From Campylobacterales bacterium (lineage in GTDB: Bacteria; Campylobacterota; Campylobacteria; Campylobacterales; Sulfurimonadaceae): a stretch of 25,762 nucleotides of DNA. The DNA lies in the NCBI GenBank assembly GCA_038205935.1, contig JBBRBK010000026.1, positions 1-25,762 on the forward strand. The letters are read 5' to 3'. The translations under genes were made by a program, and so were the position numbers. The notes beneath the pieces were generated by a model. The model did not search any database. It was not told the DNA's origin and saw only the letters and a list, made by a program, of their open reading frames with translations. Shown here piece by piece: positions 1 through 8,301 of this stretch; the first letter of the stretch is position 1; each line of letters opens with the position of its first letter.

Positions 1-247
1 CAAAAAAACGGCTTAGAACAAGGGTTAAAACAGCGCTCACTGTCATAACTATCCAAGCGATAATGATAGGGATAAAAAGCTCATGTGAAAATGTCAACTT
101 CGGAACTTGCAAGAGGATCATCGCAGGAAGTGAGACAAAGATGACAAACTGATTGAGAGTTTTTGGCGCATCCTCTGAGAAGATATGAAACTTTTGAATT
201 GCATAGCCAAGTACAAGACACAATAAAATAAGAATAAAATTTTCCAT
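1..247 (-). CDS. AEC (auxin efflux carrier)-family membrane transporter, 5' part only; runs off the left edge
   Basis: Translated by hand from ATG at 247: MENFILILFVLVLGYAIQKFHIFSEDAPKTLNQFVIFVSLPAMILLQVPKL... The 'LNxFVxxVxLPAxI' segment is typical of AEC/Mem_trans permeases. Not in the ORF track because it is truncated. Confidence 0.8.
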   Translation of the reverse strand, partial: MENFILILLCLVLGYAIQKFHIFSEDAPKTLNQFVIFVSLPAMILLQVPKLTFSHELFIPIIIAWIVMTVSAVLTLVLSRFF

Positions 248-310
248 TATTACACTCTTTGATAACTTGGCAAAATATCTTCTAACAATCTATAAAACAT
301 ATTCTAGTGT

Positions 311-1327
311 TCAGTTATATTTCTTCAAATACCACTCAACAGTTTTAATAATCCCTGTGTCGAAGTTCTCATCAGCTTTCCAGCCAAGCTCATTTTCCAG
401 TTTTGTGGCATCTATGGCGTAGCGTCTGTCGTGCCCTGCTCTGTCTTCTACAAAAGTTATAAGTTCTTTGTAACTTTTTCCAAGTGGGACTTTTTGATCC
501 AAGATAGTTGTAATCGCATCAACGATTTGAAGGTTTGTTCTCTCATTTCTTCCGCCGATGTTATAAACTTCGCCCGTTTTTCCTGTGTGATACACTAAAT
601 CGATCCCTTTACAGTGATCAAGTACATAGAGCCAGTCTCGGATGTTTTTACCATCACCGTATATCGGGATACTCTCACCTGCCAAAGCTTTTCGTATGAT
701 AGTCGGGATCAGCTTTTCATCATGTTGTTTTGGGCCGTAATTGTTTGAACAGTTTGTGATGACTGTGTCCATACCGTAAGTCTCTTGGTAGCTTCGCACA
801 ATCATATCGCTTGATGCTTTACTCGCTGAGTAAGGAGAGTTTGGAGCGTATGGAGTGGACTCTGTGAACAAATCACTTGGATCAAGACTAAGTGTTCCAT
901 ACACTTCATCGGTTGAGATGTGGTGGAATCTACAATCTTGATAATTTGGCTTACATGTAAAGGGTTTTTCCATCCAATATTTATATGCCGCGTCAAGAAG
1001 CGTAAAAGTTCCATTGACGTTTGTTTGTATAAATACTCCAGGATTTTTGATGGAGTTATCTACATGTGATTCTGCCGCGAAGTGGATAACACCCTGAATG
1101 TCGTACTCAGTAAAGATAAATTCAACCAATTCACGATTGCAGATATCGCCTTTGATAAACTTATAACGAGGATTGCCTTCGCACTCTTTAAGGTTTTCAA
1201 GGTTTCCTGCGTATGTTAAAAGGTCTAAATTGACTAAGTTATATTCTGGGTATTTATCTAAAAAGTAAGGCACGAAGTTTGAACCTATAAATCCTGCTGT
1301 ACCTGTTAGTAGTATTGATTTTTTCAT
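311..1327 (-). CDS. rfbB: dTDP-glucose 4,6-dehydratase
   Basis: TGxAGFIG NAD-binding motif, LTYAGN, HFAAESHVD, STDEVYG, YSASK, DRAGHDRRYA. Start moved to ATG 1327 (TAATG overlap with the rfbD stop). Confidence 0.97.
   Translation of the reverse strand: MKKSILLTGTAGFIGSNFVPYFLDKYPEYNLVNLDLLTYAGNLENLKECEGNPRYKFIKGDICNRELVEFIFTEYDIQGVIHFAAESHVDNSIKNPGVFIQTNVNGTFTLLDAAYKYWMEKPFTCKPNYQDCRFHHISTDEVYGTLSLDPSDLFTESTPYAPNSPYSASKASSDMIVRSYQETYGMDTVITNCSNNYGPKQHDEKLIPTIIRKALAGESIPIYGDGKNIRDWLYVLDHCKGIDLVYHTGKTGEVYNIGGRNERTNLQIVDAITTILDQKVPLGKSYKELITFVEDRAGHDRRYAIDATKLENELGWKADENFDTGIIKTVEWYLKKYN
951..960. repeat. Iterated palindrome TTACATGTAA, copy 1 (rfbB, F-T-C-K frame)
   Basis: ggcTTACATGTAAaggg read directly. 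Confidence 0.9.
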
Positions 1328-2193
1328 TATTTTCTTTCTCCCATAGTTTTTAAACACTCATCCAAAGAGTCTTTCCAAAAAGGTATTGTGATGCCGAACT
1401 CTTTTTTTATCTTTGCTTTATTGAGTAGTGAGTAATGCGGTCTTTGCGCTGGTGTCGGGTATTCATATGTTTCGATAGGATTGATCTGACAATCGAGCTT
1501 TGCCATACGCATAATCTCTTTTGCAAAGTCATACCAGCTTAGAACACCCTCGTTTGAGTAGTTGTAAATCTCTGGTTTTTCATTTTTGATGTTTGGCAAT
1601 ATATCTAGTATCGCTTTTGCCAAATCTCTTGCATAAGTCGGAGTTCCTACTTGGTCAAATATCACGCCTAAAGATTCTTTTTCTTTGCCCAGACGTAACA
1701 TCGTTTTTACGAAGTTGGCTCCAAATGATGAGTAAACCCATGAAGTACGGATGATGAGTGAGTTTTTAGGGCTACCATGTAAGAATGCTTTTTCGCCTTT
1801 TAACTTCGTATCTCCATAAACTCCGTTTGGATTTGTAGTATCATCTTCTGCATAAGGCTTAAAGTTTTTACCATCAAACACATAATCTGTAGAGATATGG
1901 ATGAGTTTGATATCTTTCTCGTTTGCGATCTCTGCGAGGTTTTTAACCGCTAAGTGGTTTATCTTGTCTGCGTTTTCTGCGTCGGATTCTGCTTTATCTA
2001 CCGCTGTATATGCTGCACAGTTGATAATGGTGTTGATATTATTTTCTTCTATAAAGTTTTTAACGGCGGTTTGATTGGAAATATCTAAACTTTCTCTATC
2101 TGTGAAAAAAAAGTTATAGTTATAAGCAGACGATAATACTCTTATCTCAGAACCTAATTGTCCATTTGAACCTGTGACTAAAATATTATTCAT
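1327..2193 (-). CDS. rfbD: dTDP-4-dehydrorhamnose reductase
   Basis: GSNGQLG, NCAAYTAVDKAE, HISTDYVFDG, YGxTK, RTSWVYS, DQVGTPT motifs. Confidence 0.97.
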   Translation of the reverse strand: MNNILVTGSNGQLGSEIRVLSSAYNYNFFFTDRESLDISNQTAVKNFIEENNINTIINCAAYTAVDKAESDAENADKINHLAVKNLAEIANEKDIKLIHISTDYVFDGKNFKPYAEDDTTNPNGVYGDTKLKGEKAFLHGSPKNSLIIRTSWVYSSFGANFVKTMLRLGKEKESLGVIFDQVGTPTYARDLAKAILDILPNIKNEKPEIYNYSNEGVLSWYDFAKEIMRMAKLDCQINPIETYEYPTPAQRPHYSLLNKAKIKKEFGITIPFWKDSLDECLKTMGERK

Positions 2194-2761
2194 AATAGTT
2201 CACGCCATTTTCAAACAGATCATTTGTCTCTGCAAGTTTGGGTTGTACTTTGTCTTTTGCAGACAGATTGAGTTCATTATGTGGCACTAACCAGTCGATG
2301 TTCAAGGCTTCGTCATCAAAGGCTATGCCTCTGTCACACTCTGGAGAGTAATAGTTATCTACTTTATAAGCAAATACCGTATCATCTTCAAGCACTACAA
2401 ATCCGTGAGCGAAACCGCGAGGAACTAACATCTGTTTTTTGTTTTCTCCACTGAGTTCAACACTTACATGTAAGCCAAATGTTGGGCTTCCTTTTCTGAT
2501 ATCTACAGCCACGTCAAGCACACGCCCTTGGATAACACGCACAAGTTTTGTCTGAGCATGTGGAGGAAGCTGATAATGTAAACCTCTTAAAACTCCGCGA
2601 GAGCTTTTGCTTTCATTGTCTTGGCAAAAGTTGATTTTGTAGCCCAAAAACTCTTCAAGTTTATCGCCGCGAAACGTCTCAACGAAGTAACCACGATCAT
2701 CTCCATGCACTTTTGGCTCGATGATGATGACATCAGGTATGGCAGTTCTAGTAAAAGTCAT
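2186..2761 (-). CDS. rfbC: dTDP-4-dehydrorhamnose 3,5-epimerase
   Basis: DxRGYFx[37 protein letters not shown] motifs. Confidence 0.97.
   Translation of the reverse strand: MTFTRTAIPDVIIIEPKVHGDDRGYFVETFRGDKLEEFLGYKINFCQDNESKSSRGVLRGLHYQLPPHAQTKLVRVIQGRVLDVAVDIRKGSPTFGLHVSVELSGENKKQMLVPRGFAHGFVVLEDDTVFAYKVDNYYSPECDRGIAFDDEALNIDWLVPHNELNLSAKDKVQPKLAETNDLFENGVNYYE
2463..2474. repeat. Iterated palindrome CTTACATGTAAG, copy 2 (rfbC, L-H-V frame)
   Basis: caCTTACATGTAAGcc. Confidence 0.9.
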
Positions 2762-3651
2762 CTTCCTAATCCTCTTGGCTGAGAAGCTCTGCGGATAAGA
2801 TACTGACCATATTGATTTTTCTTCAAAGGCTCTGCGAGTTCTAAGAGTTTTTCTTTAGAGATATAACCCATTTCATAAGCGATCTCTTCGATACACGCGA
2901 CTTTAAGAGACTGACGGTTTTCAATAGTCTGGATAAATTGACTTGCTTCAAGAAGGCTCTCGTGAGTTCCAGTATCGAGCCACGCATATCCGCGACCCAT
3001 AAGCTCAACTTTGAGTCTTTGTTCGTTTAGATAATCTTGATTAAGCGTTGTGATCTCTAACTCTCCACGCTCTGAGGGTTTGACGAGTTTGGCTTTTTGC
3101 ACGACATCACGCGGGTAAAAGTAAAGGCCTACAACAGCATAGTTACTTTTTGGTTCAGTGGGCTTTTCTTCTATGCTTGTCACATTTCCCGCCTCATCAA
3201 ACTCCGCCACGCCATAACGCTCAGGATCGCTAACATAGTAGCCAAATACGGTTGCTTTGTTTTCCTCTTGGGCGTGCTTAACGCTCTGCGCTAAAAGAGT
3301 TGTAAGACCGTGACCGTGGAAGATATTGTCACCCAAAACTAAACAGGCATCATCGCCGTTTAAAAACTCTTCACCAAGGATAAAAGCTTGAGCAAGTCCA
3401 TCAGGAGAAGGTTGTACAACATAAGAAAACTGCATCCCGATATCACTTCCATCACCTAAAAGCTCCTCAAATCTTGGAAGATCTTTTGGAGTGGAGATAA
3501 TGAGAATTTCAGTGATGCCAGCGAGCATCAGCACAGAAAGAGGATAGTAGATCATCGGTTTATCATAGATGGGCATCAGCTGTTTACTCACACCTTTTGT
3601 GATGGGATACAGTCGTGTGCCAGAACCTCCGGCTAGGATGATGCCTTTCAT
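2758..3651 (-). CDS. rfbA: Glucose-1-phosphate thymidylyltransferase
   Basis: [58 protein letters not shown]. Confidence 0.98.
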   Translation of the reverse strand: MKGIILAGGSGTRLYPITKGVSKQLMPIYDKPMIYYPLSVLMLAGITEILIISTPKDLPRFEELLGDGSDIGMQFSYVVQPSPDGLAQAFILGEEFLNGDDACLVLGDNIFHGHGLTTLLAQSVKHAQEENKATVFGYYVSDPERYGVAEFDEAGNVTSIEEKPTEPKSNYAVVGLYFYPRDVVQKAKLVKPSERGELEITTLNQDYLNEQRLKVELMGRGYAWLDTGTHESLLEASQFIQTIENRQSLKVACIEEIAYEMGYISKEKLLELAEPLKKNQYGQYLIRRASQPRGLGR

Positions 3652-3692
3652 GTTGCTACCTCTTCTCTTTTAATTACTAATTAAAGTTCGTG

Positions 3693-3701
3693 ATTATAGC
3701 A
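3693..3701 (-). promoter_or_regulatory. Extended -10 sigma70 promoter (TGCTATAAT) for rfbACDB
   Basis: Minus strand reads TGCTATAAT about 40 nt upstream of the rfbA ATG, followed by an AGAGG RBS. Confidence 0.65.
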
Positions 3702-3756
3702 ATACCACACTAAAATTAGTTTGATAAAAACGCCATTTATGGATATTTACTCATTG

Positions 3757-4506
3757 TTAAAGAAGTTTTTCCTGTCCGATCCTATAAAGCGCAAAATCAT
3801 ACTTGAGCGGATCATTTATATCAAACTCTCGCAGCTTACATGTAAGCTCTATGGCGGCTTGCAAATCATAGGTTTTACGCGTTAAAAGTCCTAGTTTTTG
3901 GGAGACTTTAAAGGTATGTGTATCAAGCGGTATTATGAGATCTTTTGTGTCCACTCCGCTCCATAATCCCATATCGATATTGTCATCTCTCACCATCCAC
4001 CTAAGATACATCATCCAACGCTTTAATGCCCCGGCTCCCTTTGTTTTTATGGTGACTTTTGAGATTAAAAAATCATAGCCTCTTGAAGAATATGGATAAA
4101 TTTGTTGCATCATTTTTATAAGTTCGTTGATGCCATCTATGACACTGTTTTCTTTTTCATATCCGCTTTTAAAGACTGCTTCGAGTGTTGTCTTTGTTTG
4201 CAGGCGTTTGAGTGCGATAAAAAGTGCGATAACATCTTCACTTATTTGAAATCTGTAATAATGATTTTTTAGAGTTTCTGCTATCTCTTTTTCGCTTGAC
4301 TTTAAGAGTGAAAAATCAAGCGAATCTAAAAACTTCACTATCTGTTTGACGTTCCCGTAAGAAAAAAGAGCACAGATAAGAGAGATGGTTTCGTCATTAT
4401 GACGATGAGCGACCATTATGGGATCAAGTTTTTCAAGCGTTATCTCGCTGAGCTGATTGCGTTTTAAGACTTCATCGTCGAGTCTTTTTTTCACTTCAGC
4501 TACCAA
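3757..4506 (-). CDS. TIGR02757-family protein (HhH-GPD-like, unknown function)
   Basis: ALFSYG, KRxxMYLRWMVR.D.IDxGLW, LIIPLDTH, DPLKYDFAL motifs. Start uncertain (TTG 4506, GTG 4494 or ORF limit 4542). Confidence 0.85.
   Translation of the reverse strand: MVAEVKKRLDDEVLKRNQLSEITLEKLDPIMVAHRHNDETISLICALFSYGNVKQIVKFLDSLDFSLLKSSEKEIAETLKNHYYRFQISEDVIALFIALKRLQTKTTLEAVFKSGYEKENSVIDGINELIKMMQQIYPYSSRGYDFLISKVTIKTKGAGALKRWMMYLRWMVRDDNIDMGLWSGVDTKDLIIPLDTHTFKVSQKLGLLTRKTYDLQAAIELTCKLREFDINDPLKYDFALYRIGQEKLL
3833..3848. repeat. Iterated palindrome, copy 3, extended to 16 bp AGCTTACATGTAAGCT (L-T-C-K frame)
   Basis: Perfect 16-bp palindrome read directly. Confidence 0.9.
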
Positions 4507-5767
4507 GATGATAGAGTTTTTTTCTTTCACTTGAACCTGCAATATTGAGCTGTTTTCTGTATTTTGCGATGGTGCGACGAACCATTGTGACTTTAAAATT
4601 CTCTTGTATCATCTCTAAGAGTTTCATATCGCTGAGCGGTTTTTTTGATGATTCCTCTTTGACAATGCGAAGCAGATAATCTTTGATAGCAGCGTTTGAA
4701 GTATCTTCATCTATGGCAGTTGTAAAAAACTCTTTCATAGCGAATACACCGCGATCACAAGCAATATATTTGTTTGCAATTGCTCGCGAAATAGTCGAGG
4801 GATTGTGCCCAAACTCATCGGCTAAAGTTTTTAAAGTCAAAGGCTTGATATCGCCGCCTGTAAAAAAATCATACTGATATTCAACGATCATCAGCCCTAC
4901 TTTGTAAAGTGTCGCTTTTCTCATTTCAAGCGCGTCTACAAGGCTTTTCGCCTCTTTGATCTTTTGAGAGATAAATTCGTGCTCAACTCCGTAAGCGGTG
5001 TTGATATTGATAGTCGGATAGTAGCTGTCGTTGAGCTTGACTTCGATGCCGTTTTCATCATCAAAAAAGATCATCAAATCAGGAATGACTTGAGTAGAAT
5101 CTTCAAGATACTCGATGGCAGGAGGGTTTTTAAAACTGCCGATAACTTTGAGAGCTTCGGCGTAATGTGGATCGCTACTAAAAGTGTGCATCTCTTGGAG
5201 ATTGCAAATAAGTTTGACAGCCAATTCATACGCTTTATCACTTATCTGCGTATTTTCAAGCTGAAATAAAAATGATTCTGAAAGATCTTTTGCCGCAATG
5301 CCAACGGGATCGACATAAATAAAGCGTTTTCTTACCTTTTCAAACTCATCTAAAGTAATGCTATTTTGCTCACAAAAAAGTTCGCTATCACCTTCGTAGT
5401 AGCCATTTTCATCAAGATTGGCAACGACAAACTGAGCTATTTTCTGAGAAATGGGTGTTGGAAAAAGAGGCGCTTCAAGCTGTTCGTCAAGTACATCATA
5501 AAGTGAACGTGATTGGATGGTCAGCGCTTCTATCTGCTCTGTTCGTGAATTTGCTACGCTGCTTGAGATAAGCTTTCTTGGAATTCTACTTTCAAAATTT
5601 TCTTCAAATCCTGAGCTAATTTCTACAACAGGATTGGACTCCACAAAAGGGTTCATCACCTCGCCGAGTTCACTCAGACTTGAATGTAGTATTGGCAGCC
5701 AGTTACGCAAAGTGTTAGAGAGTTTATTTTTTGTCTCAACACTTTGCGTAACTCTTAAAGTAGCCAT
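4496..5767 (-). CDS. rpoN: RNA polymerase sigma-54 factor
   Basis: NP.VE region I/II, LDENGY, KPLTLK.LA..G...STISRA..NKY HTH, PLSD, RpoN box RRTIAKYR; lies directly downstream of lptB. Confidence 0.96.
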   Translation of the reverse strand: MATLRVTQSVETKNKLSNTLRNWLPILHSSLSELGEVMNPFVESNPVVEISSGFEENFESRIPRKLISSSVANSRTEQIEALTIQSRSLYDVLDEQLEAPLFPTPISQKIAQFVVANLDENGYYEGDSELFCEQNSITLDEFEKVRKRFIYVDPVGIAAKDLSESFLFQLENTQISDKAYELAVKLICNLQEMHTFSSDPHYAEALKVIGSFKNPPAIEYLEDSTQVIPDLMIFFDDENGIEVKLNDSYYPTININTAYGVEHEFISQKIKEAKSLVDALEMRKATLYKVGLMIVEYQYDFFTGGDIKPLTLKTLADEFGHNPSTISRAIANKYIACDRGVFAMKEFFTTAIDEDTSNAAIKDYLLRIVKEESSKKPLSDMKLLEMIQENFKVTMVRRTIAKYRKQLNIAGSSERKKLYHLGS

Positions 5768-5790
5768 CTAATCCCTTAAAATTTCAAGTC

Positions 5791-6513
5791 CTAAAACTTG
5801 AAATCCTCCCCAAGATAGTGTGTTCGTACATCAGCGTTTTCACTAATCTCTTTACTTGTCCCACTCGCCAAAAGCGCACCTGATTTGATGACATACGCTC
5901 TGTCACAAACCGCTAAAGTCTCTCGGACATTATGGTCAGTGATAAGAACACCGATATCATAACTGACAAGCTGTTTGATAACATTTTGAATGTCCAAAAC
6001 GGCGATAGGATCTACTCCGGCAAAAGGCTCATCTAAAAGCAAAAATTTTGGTCTATTGACAAGAGCTCGGGCGATCTCCACACGACGGCGTTCTCCACCG
6101 CTGAGACTAATACCATCACGGTAACGAATCGGCTCGATATTGAACATATCAAGAAGCTCATTAATGCGAGTCTCTTGCTCGGCTTTACTCATCTTTGAAG
6201 CTTGTGCTGCGACTAAAAGATTATCTTCAACACTCAAATCTTTAAAGATCGAAGCTTCTTGAGGCAAGTAGCCGATACCTTTTTGTGCACGCATGTGAAG
6301 AGGCATTTTTGAAAGATTTTCTCCATCAAAAAAAACATCTCCGCTGCTAGCTTCGACGAGTCCGCAGATCATATAAAAAGTGGTTGTTTTACCAGCTCCG
6401 TTTGGTCCGAGTAATCCCACAACTTCGCCGCTTTTTACCTCAAGCGACATCCCGTGCACTATCTCTAAAGTTTTGATCTTCTTTGTTAGATTTTCAGCTT
6501 TTAATGTATGCAT
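5791..6513 (-). CDS. lptB: LPS export ABC transporter ATP-binding protein
   Basis: GLLGPNGAGKTT, GIGYLPQEASIF, LSGGERRRVEIARAL, LLDEPFAGVDP, ITDHNVRETL, YLGEDF. Confidence 0.96.
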   Translation of the reverse strand: MHTLKAENLTKKIKTLEIVHGMSLEVKSGEVVGLLGPNGAGKTTTFYMICGLVEASSGDVFFDGENLSKMPLHMRAQKGIGYLPQEASIFKDLSVEDNLLVAAQASKMSKAEQETRINELLDMFNIEPIRYRDGISLSGGERRRVEIARALVNRPKFLLLDEPFAGVDPIAVLDIQNVIKQLVSYDIGVLITDHNVRETLAVCDRAYVIKSGALLASGTSKEISENADVRTHYLGEDFKF

Positions 6514-6919
6514 TTTCTACCTTGTATAATCTTTTATCATCCAATTTTTCTATACTTATGATTATGGCTGGAATCTCTGCGCTAAATAAAATACTACTAA
6601 GCGTATCATCGCCCCACTCCACAAAATGGTATCCATCGCGCTCTAACTCTTCAAGCATTCCAAGAGCGATGAAGTGTTCTATGCCGTGGTTATAAATATC
6701 GTAATGAAAAATATTTTCTCCATAACACTGTTGCAACGAAAAGGTCGGAGAAGTTACAGCATCGTCAAGGCCAAACTCTTTAGCAAAAGCTGCTACAAAT
6801 GTGGTCTTTCCAGCTGCGAGATCGCCGCGAAGGATCGCAACACCGCCATTTGGAAGAAGTTGCATCACTTCTTTTGTGAGTTCTGCGAGATTCTGTATCC
6901 CTAAAATAAACTCTCTCAT
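6494..6919 (-). CDS. tsaE: tRNA t6A37 biosynthesis ATPase
   Basis: LxGDLAAGKTTF, VTSPTFSL, HYDIY, VEW motifs. Confidence 0.93.
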   Translation of the reverse strand: MREFILGIQNLAELTKEVMQLLPNGGVAILRGDLAAGKTTFVAAFAKEFGLDDAVTSPTFSLQQCYGENIFHYDIYNHGIEHFIALGMLEELERDGYHFVEWGDDTLSSILFSAEIPAIIISIEKLDDKRLYKVENAYIKS

Positions 6920-7902
6920 AGTTTTGATGACACTTCTATAATTTGGCGAAGTTTCTCTTTTGCACGACCTGAATGAATGGCATCTTTTGCGATCTCTAAA
7001 CCATCTTGAAAATCTCTTGCTATTCCATCTACGACAAAAGCCGCTGCTGCGTTAATGAGCACAATATCTCTTTGTGCATCTGTGGCACGATTATCAAAGA
7101 TATCTCTTAAAATCTTTGCATTTTCTTCGCCCCCGCCACCGACGATAGCTTCAAGCGGTGCTCTTTTTATCCCATAATTTATAGGATCAAGAATAAACTC
7201 TTCGATAACGCCGTTTTTGAGTTTTGCACAGTAAGTAATATCTGAGATACTGATCTCATCCATATGTTCTTTAGATGAAACGACTAAAGCATCGGTTGAA
7301 CCATTTACATGTAAAGCATTCGCAAGTTTTGGCACGAATGATTTATCAAAAACACCCAAAAGTGTTTTTTTCACACCTGCAGGATTTGTAAGCGGACCTA
7401 AGATATTAAAAATGGTTTTATCGGGAATCGTCTTGCGTATAGGCATAATGAATTTCATAGCCGGATGATAGTTCTGTGCGAACATAAAAGTAAATCCTGT
7501 TTCTTCTAAAAGTTTTGCACTGTTTTGTGCGCTAAGATCAAGTCTGATTCCAAGTTTTTCAAACATATCTGCGCTTCCAGATTTTGAAGTCACAGAACGG
7601 CTTCCATGTTTTGCCACATAAATTCCAGCAGATGCAACAATCAAAGACACAGTAGATGAGATATTGAAACTACCTATCTTATCTCCGCCAGTTCCGACGA
7701 TGTCTATGAGTTTATCTTTGATCTTTGGGCTTACATGTAAGGGTATACAATTCTCTCTCATAACGTGTGCAGCGGCGGCAATGGTCTCCACACTTGTAGA
7801 TTCATCCAAACGCAGATCTCTCAAAAATGCATGCATCTGCTCATCATTCATCTCATGATTAAAAAGATCTTCAAACTGTTTCAAAGAGTCTTCATAAATC
7901 AT
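6916..7902 (-). CDS. trpD: Anthranilate phosphoribosyltransferase
   Basis: DIVGTGGD, FNISST, AKHGSRSVTSKSGSAD, HPAMK, FNILGPLTNP, DEIS. Confidence 0.96.
   Translation of the reverse strand: MIYEDSLKQFEDLFNHEMNDEQMHAFLRDLRLDESTSVETIAAAAHVMRENCIPLHVSPKIKDKLIDIVGTGGDKIGSFNISSTVSLIVASAGIYVAKHGSRSVTSKSGSADMFEKLGIRLDLSAQNSAKLLEETGFTFMFAQNYHPAMKFIMPIRKTIPDKTIFNILGPLTNPAGVKKTLLGVFDKSFVPKLANALHVNGSTDALVVSSKEHMDEISISDITYCAKLKNGVIEEFILDPINYGIKRAPLEAIVGGGGEENAKILRDIFDNRATDAQRDIVLINAAAAFVVDGIARDFQDGLEIAKDAIHSGRAKEKLRQIIEVSSKL
7304..7315. repeat. Iterated palindrome TTTACATGTAAA, copy 4 (trpD, L-H-V)
   Basis: ccaTTTACATGTAAAgc. Confidence 0.9.
7730..7741. repeat. Iterated palindrome CTTACATGTAAG, copy 5 (trpD, L-H-V)
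   Basis: gggCTTACATGTAAGggt. Confidence 0.9.
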
Positions 7903-8147
7903 GAAACCTCCTTAATATATTTGTCCTGTTCAGATTTTGGAGTAGCTTTGATAGTAGGAAGAAAAAGTACTTGATACTTTTTTTCTCCGCTTAAATATGC
8001 AATGCTGATGATATCTCCAACCGCTACATCTTTACTCGGTTTAACCACTTTTGTATTGATACTCACAACACCGTTTGCGATCATATCCTGAGCGATAGAA
8101 CGTCTTTTTGTAAGATTGACACTGTTTAAAAATTTATCGATTCTCAT
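7899..8147 (-). CDS. S4-domain RNA-binding protein (Hsp15/RqcP-like)
   Basis: MRIDKFL...LTKRRS.AQDM...G.V..N....KPSK.V..GD. Start moved to ATG 8147. Confidence 0.9.
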   Translation of the reverse strand: MRIDKFLNSVNLTKRRSIAQDMIANGVVSINTKVVKPSKDVAVGDIISIAYLSGEKKYQVLFLPTIKATPKSEQDKYIKEVS

Positions 8148-8212
8148 AAAATAATATTCCAAAATTAATTTTCTTTATTTTAGACAAAAGAACCTAAAAC
8201 AGATGTAAAATA

Positions 8213-8227
8213 TGGAACAATTTTTGC
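8213..8227 (+). promoter_or_regulatory. Candidate sigma-54 (-24/-12) promoter TGGAAC-N5-TTGC
   Basis: TGGAACAATTTTTGC with GG at 8214-8215 and GC at 8226-8227 (canonical 10-nt spacing), intergenic; no + strand ORF downstream. Confidence 0.4.
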
Positions 8228-8280
8228 GTGATTTTTATAATAGAGGAAGATTTTGTAGAAAAATGGCTTAAAGATGGAAA

Positions 8281-8301
8281 TATGAGCTTACTTAGCTCAT
8301 A
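8281..8301. terminator. Hairpin overlapping the pit stop codon (possible terminator or 3' stabiliser)
   Basis: TATGAGCT-tactt-AGCTCATA, perfect 8-bp stem; only a weak U-tract. Confidence 0.4.

Noticed and set aside
431..500. GTGCCCTG at 431 and the KVPLG peptide in rfbB, resembling the 18-bp insert
   Set aside because: GTGCCCTG encodes the conserved RAGH motif and lacks the hairpin; the KVPLG codons do not match the insert.
1061..1068. TACATGTG near-match to the palindrome in rfbB
   Set aside because: Minus strand encodes the conserved S-H-V-D active-site motif, so protein constraint explains it; not counted.
1772..1783. CTACCATGTAAG, possible decayed palindrome in rfbD (L-H-G)
   Set aside because: Only one arm matches; cannot be separated from chance without orthologue alignment.
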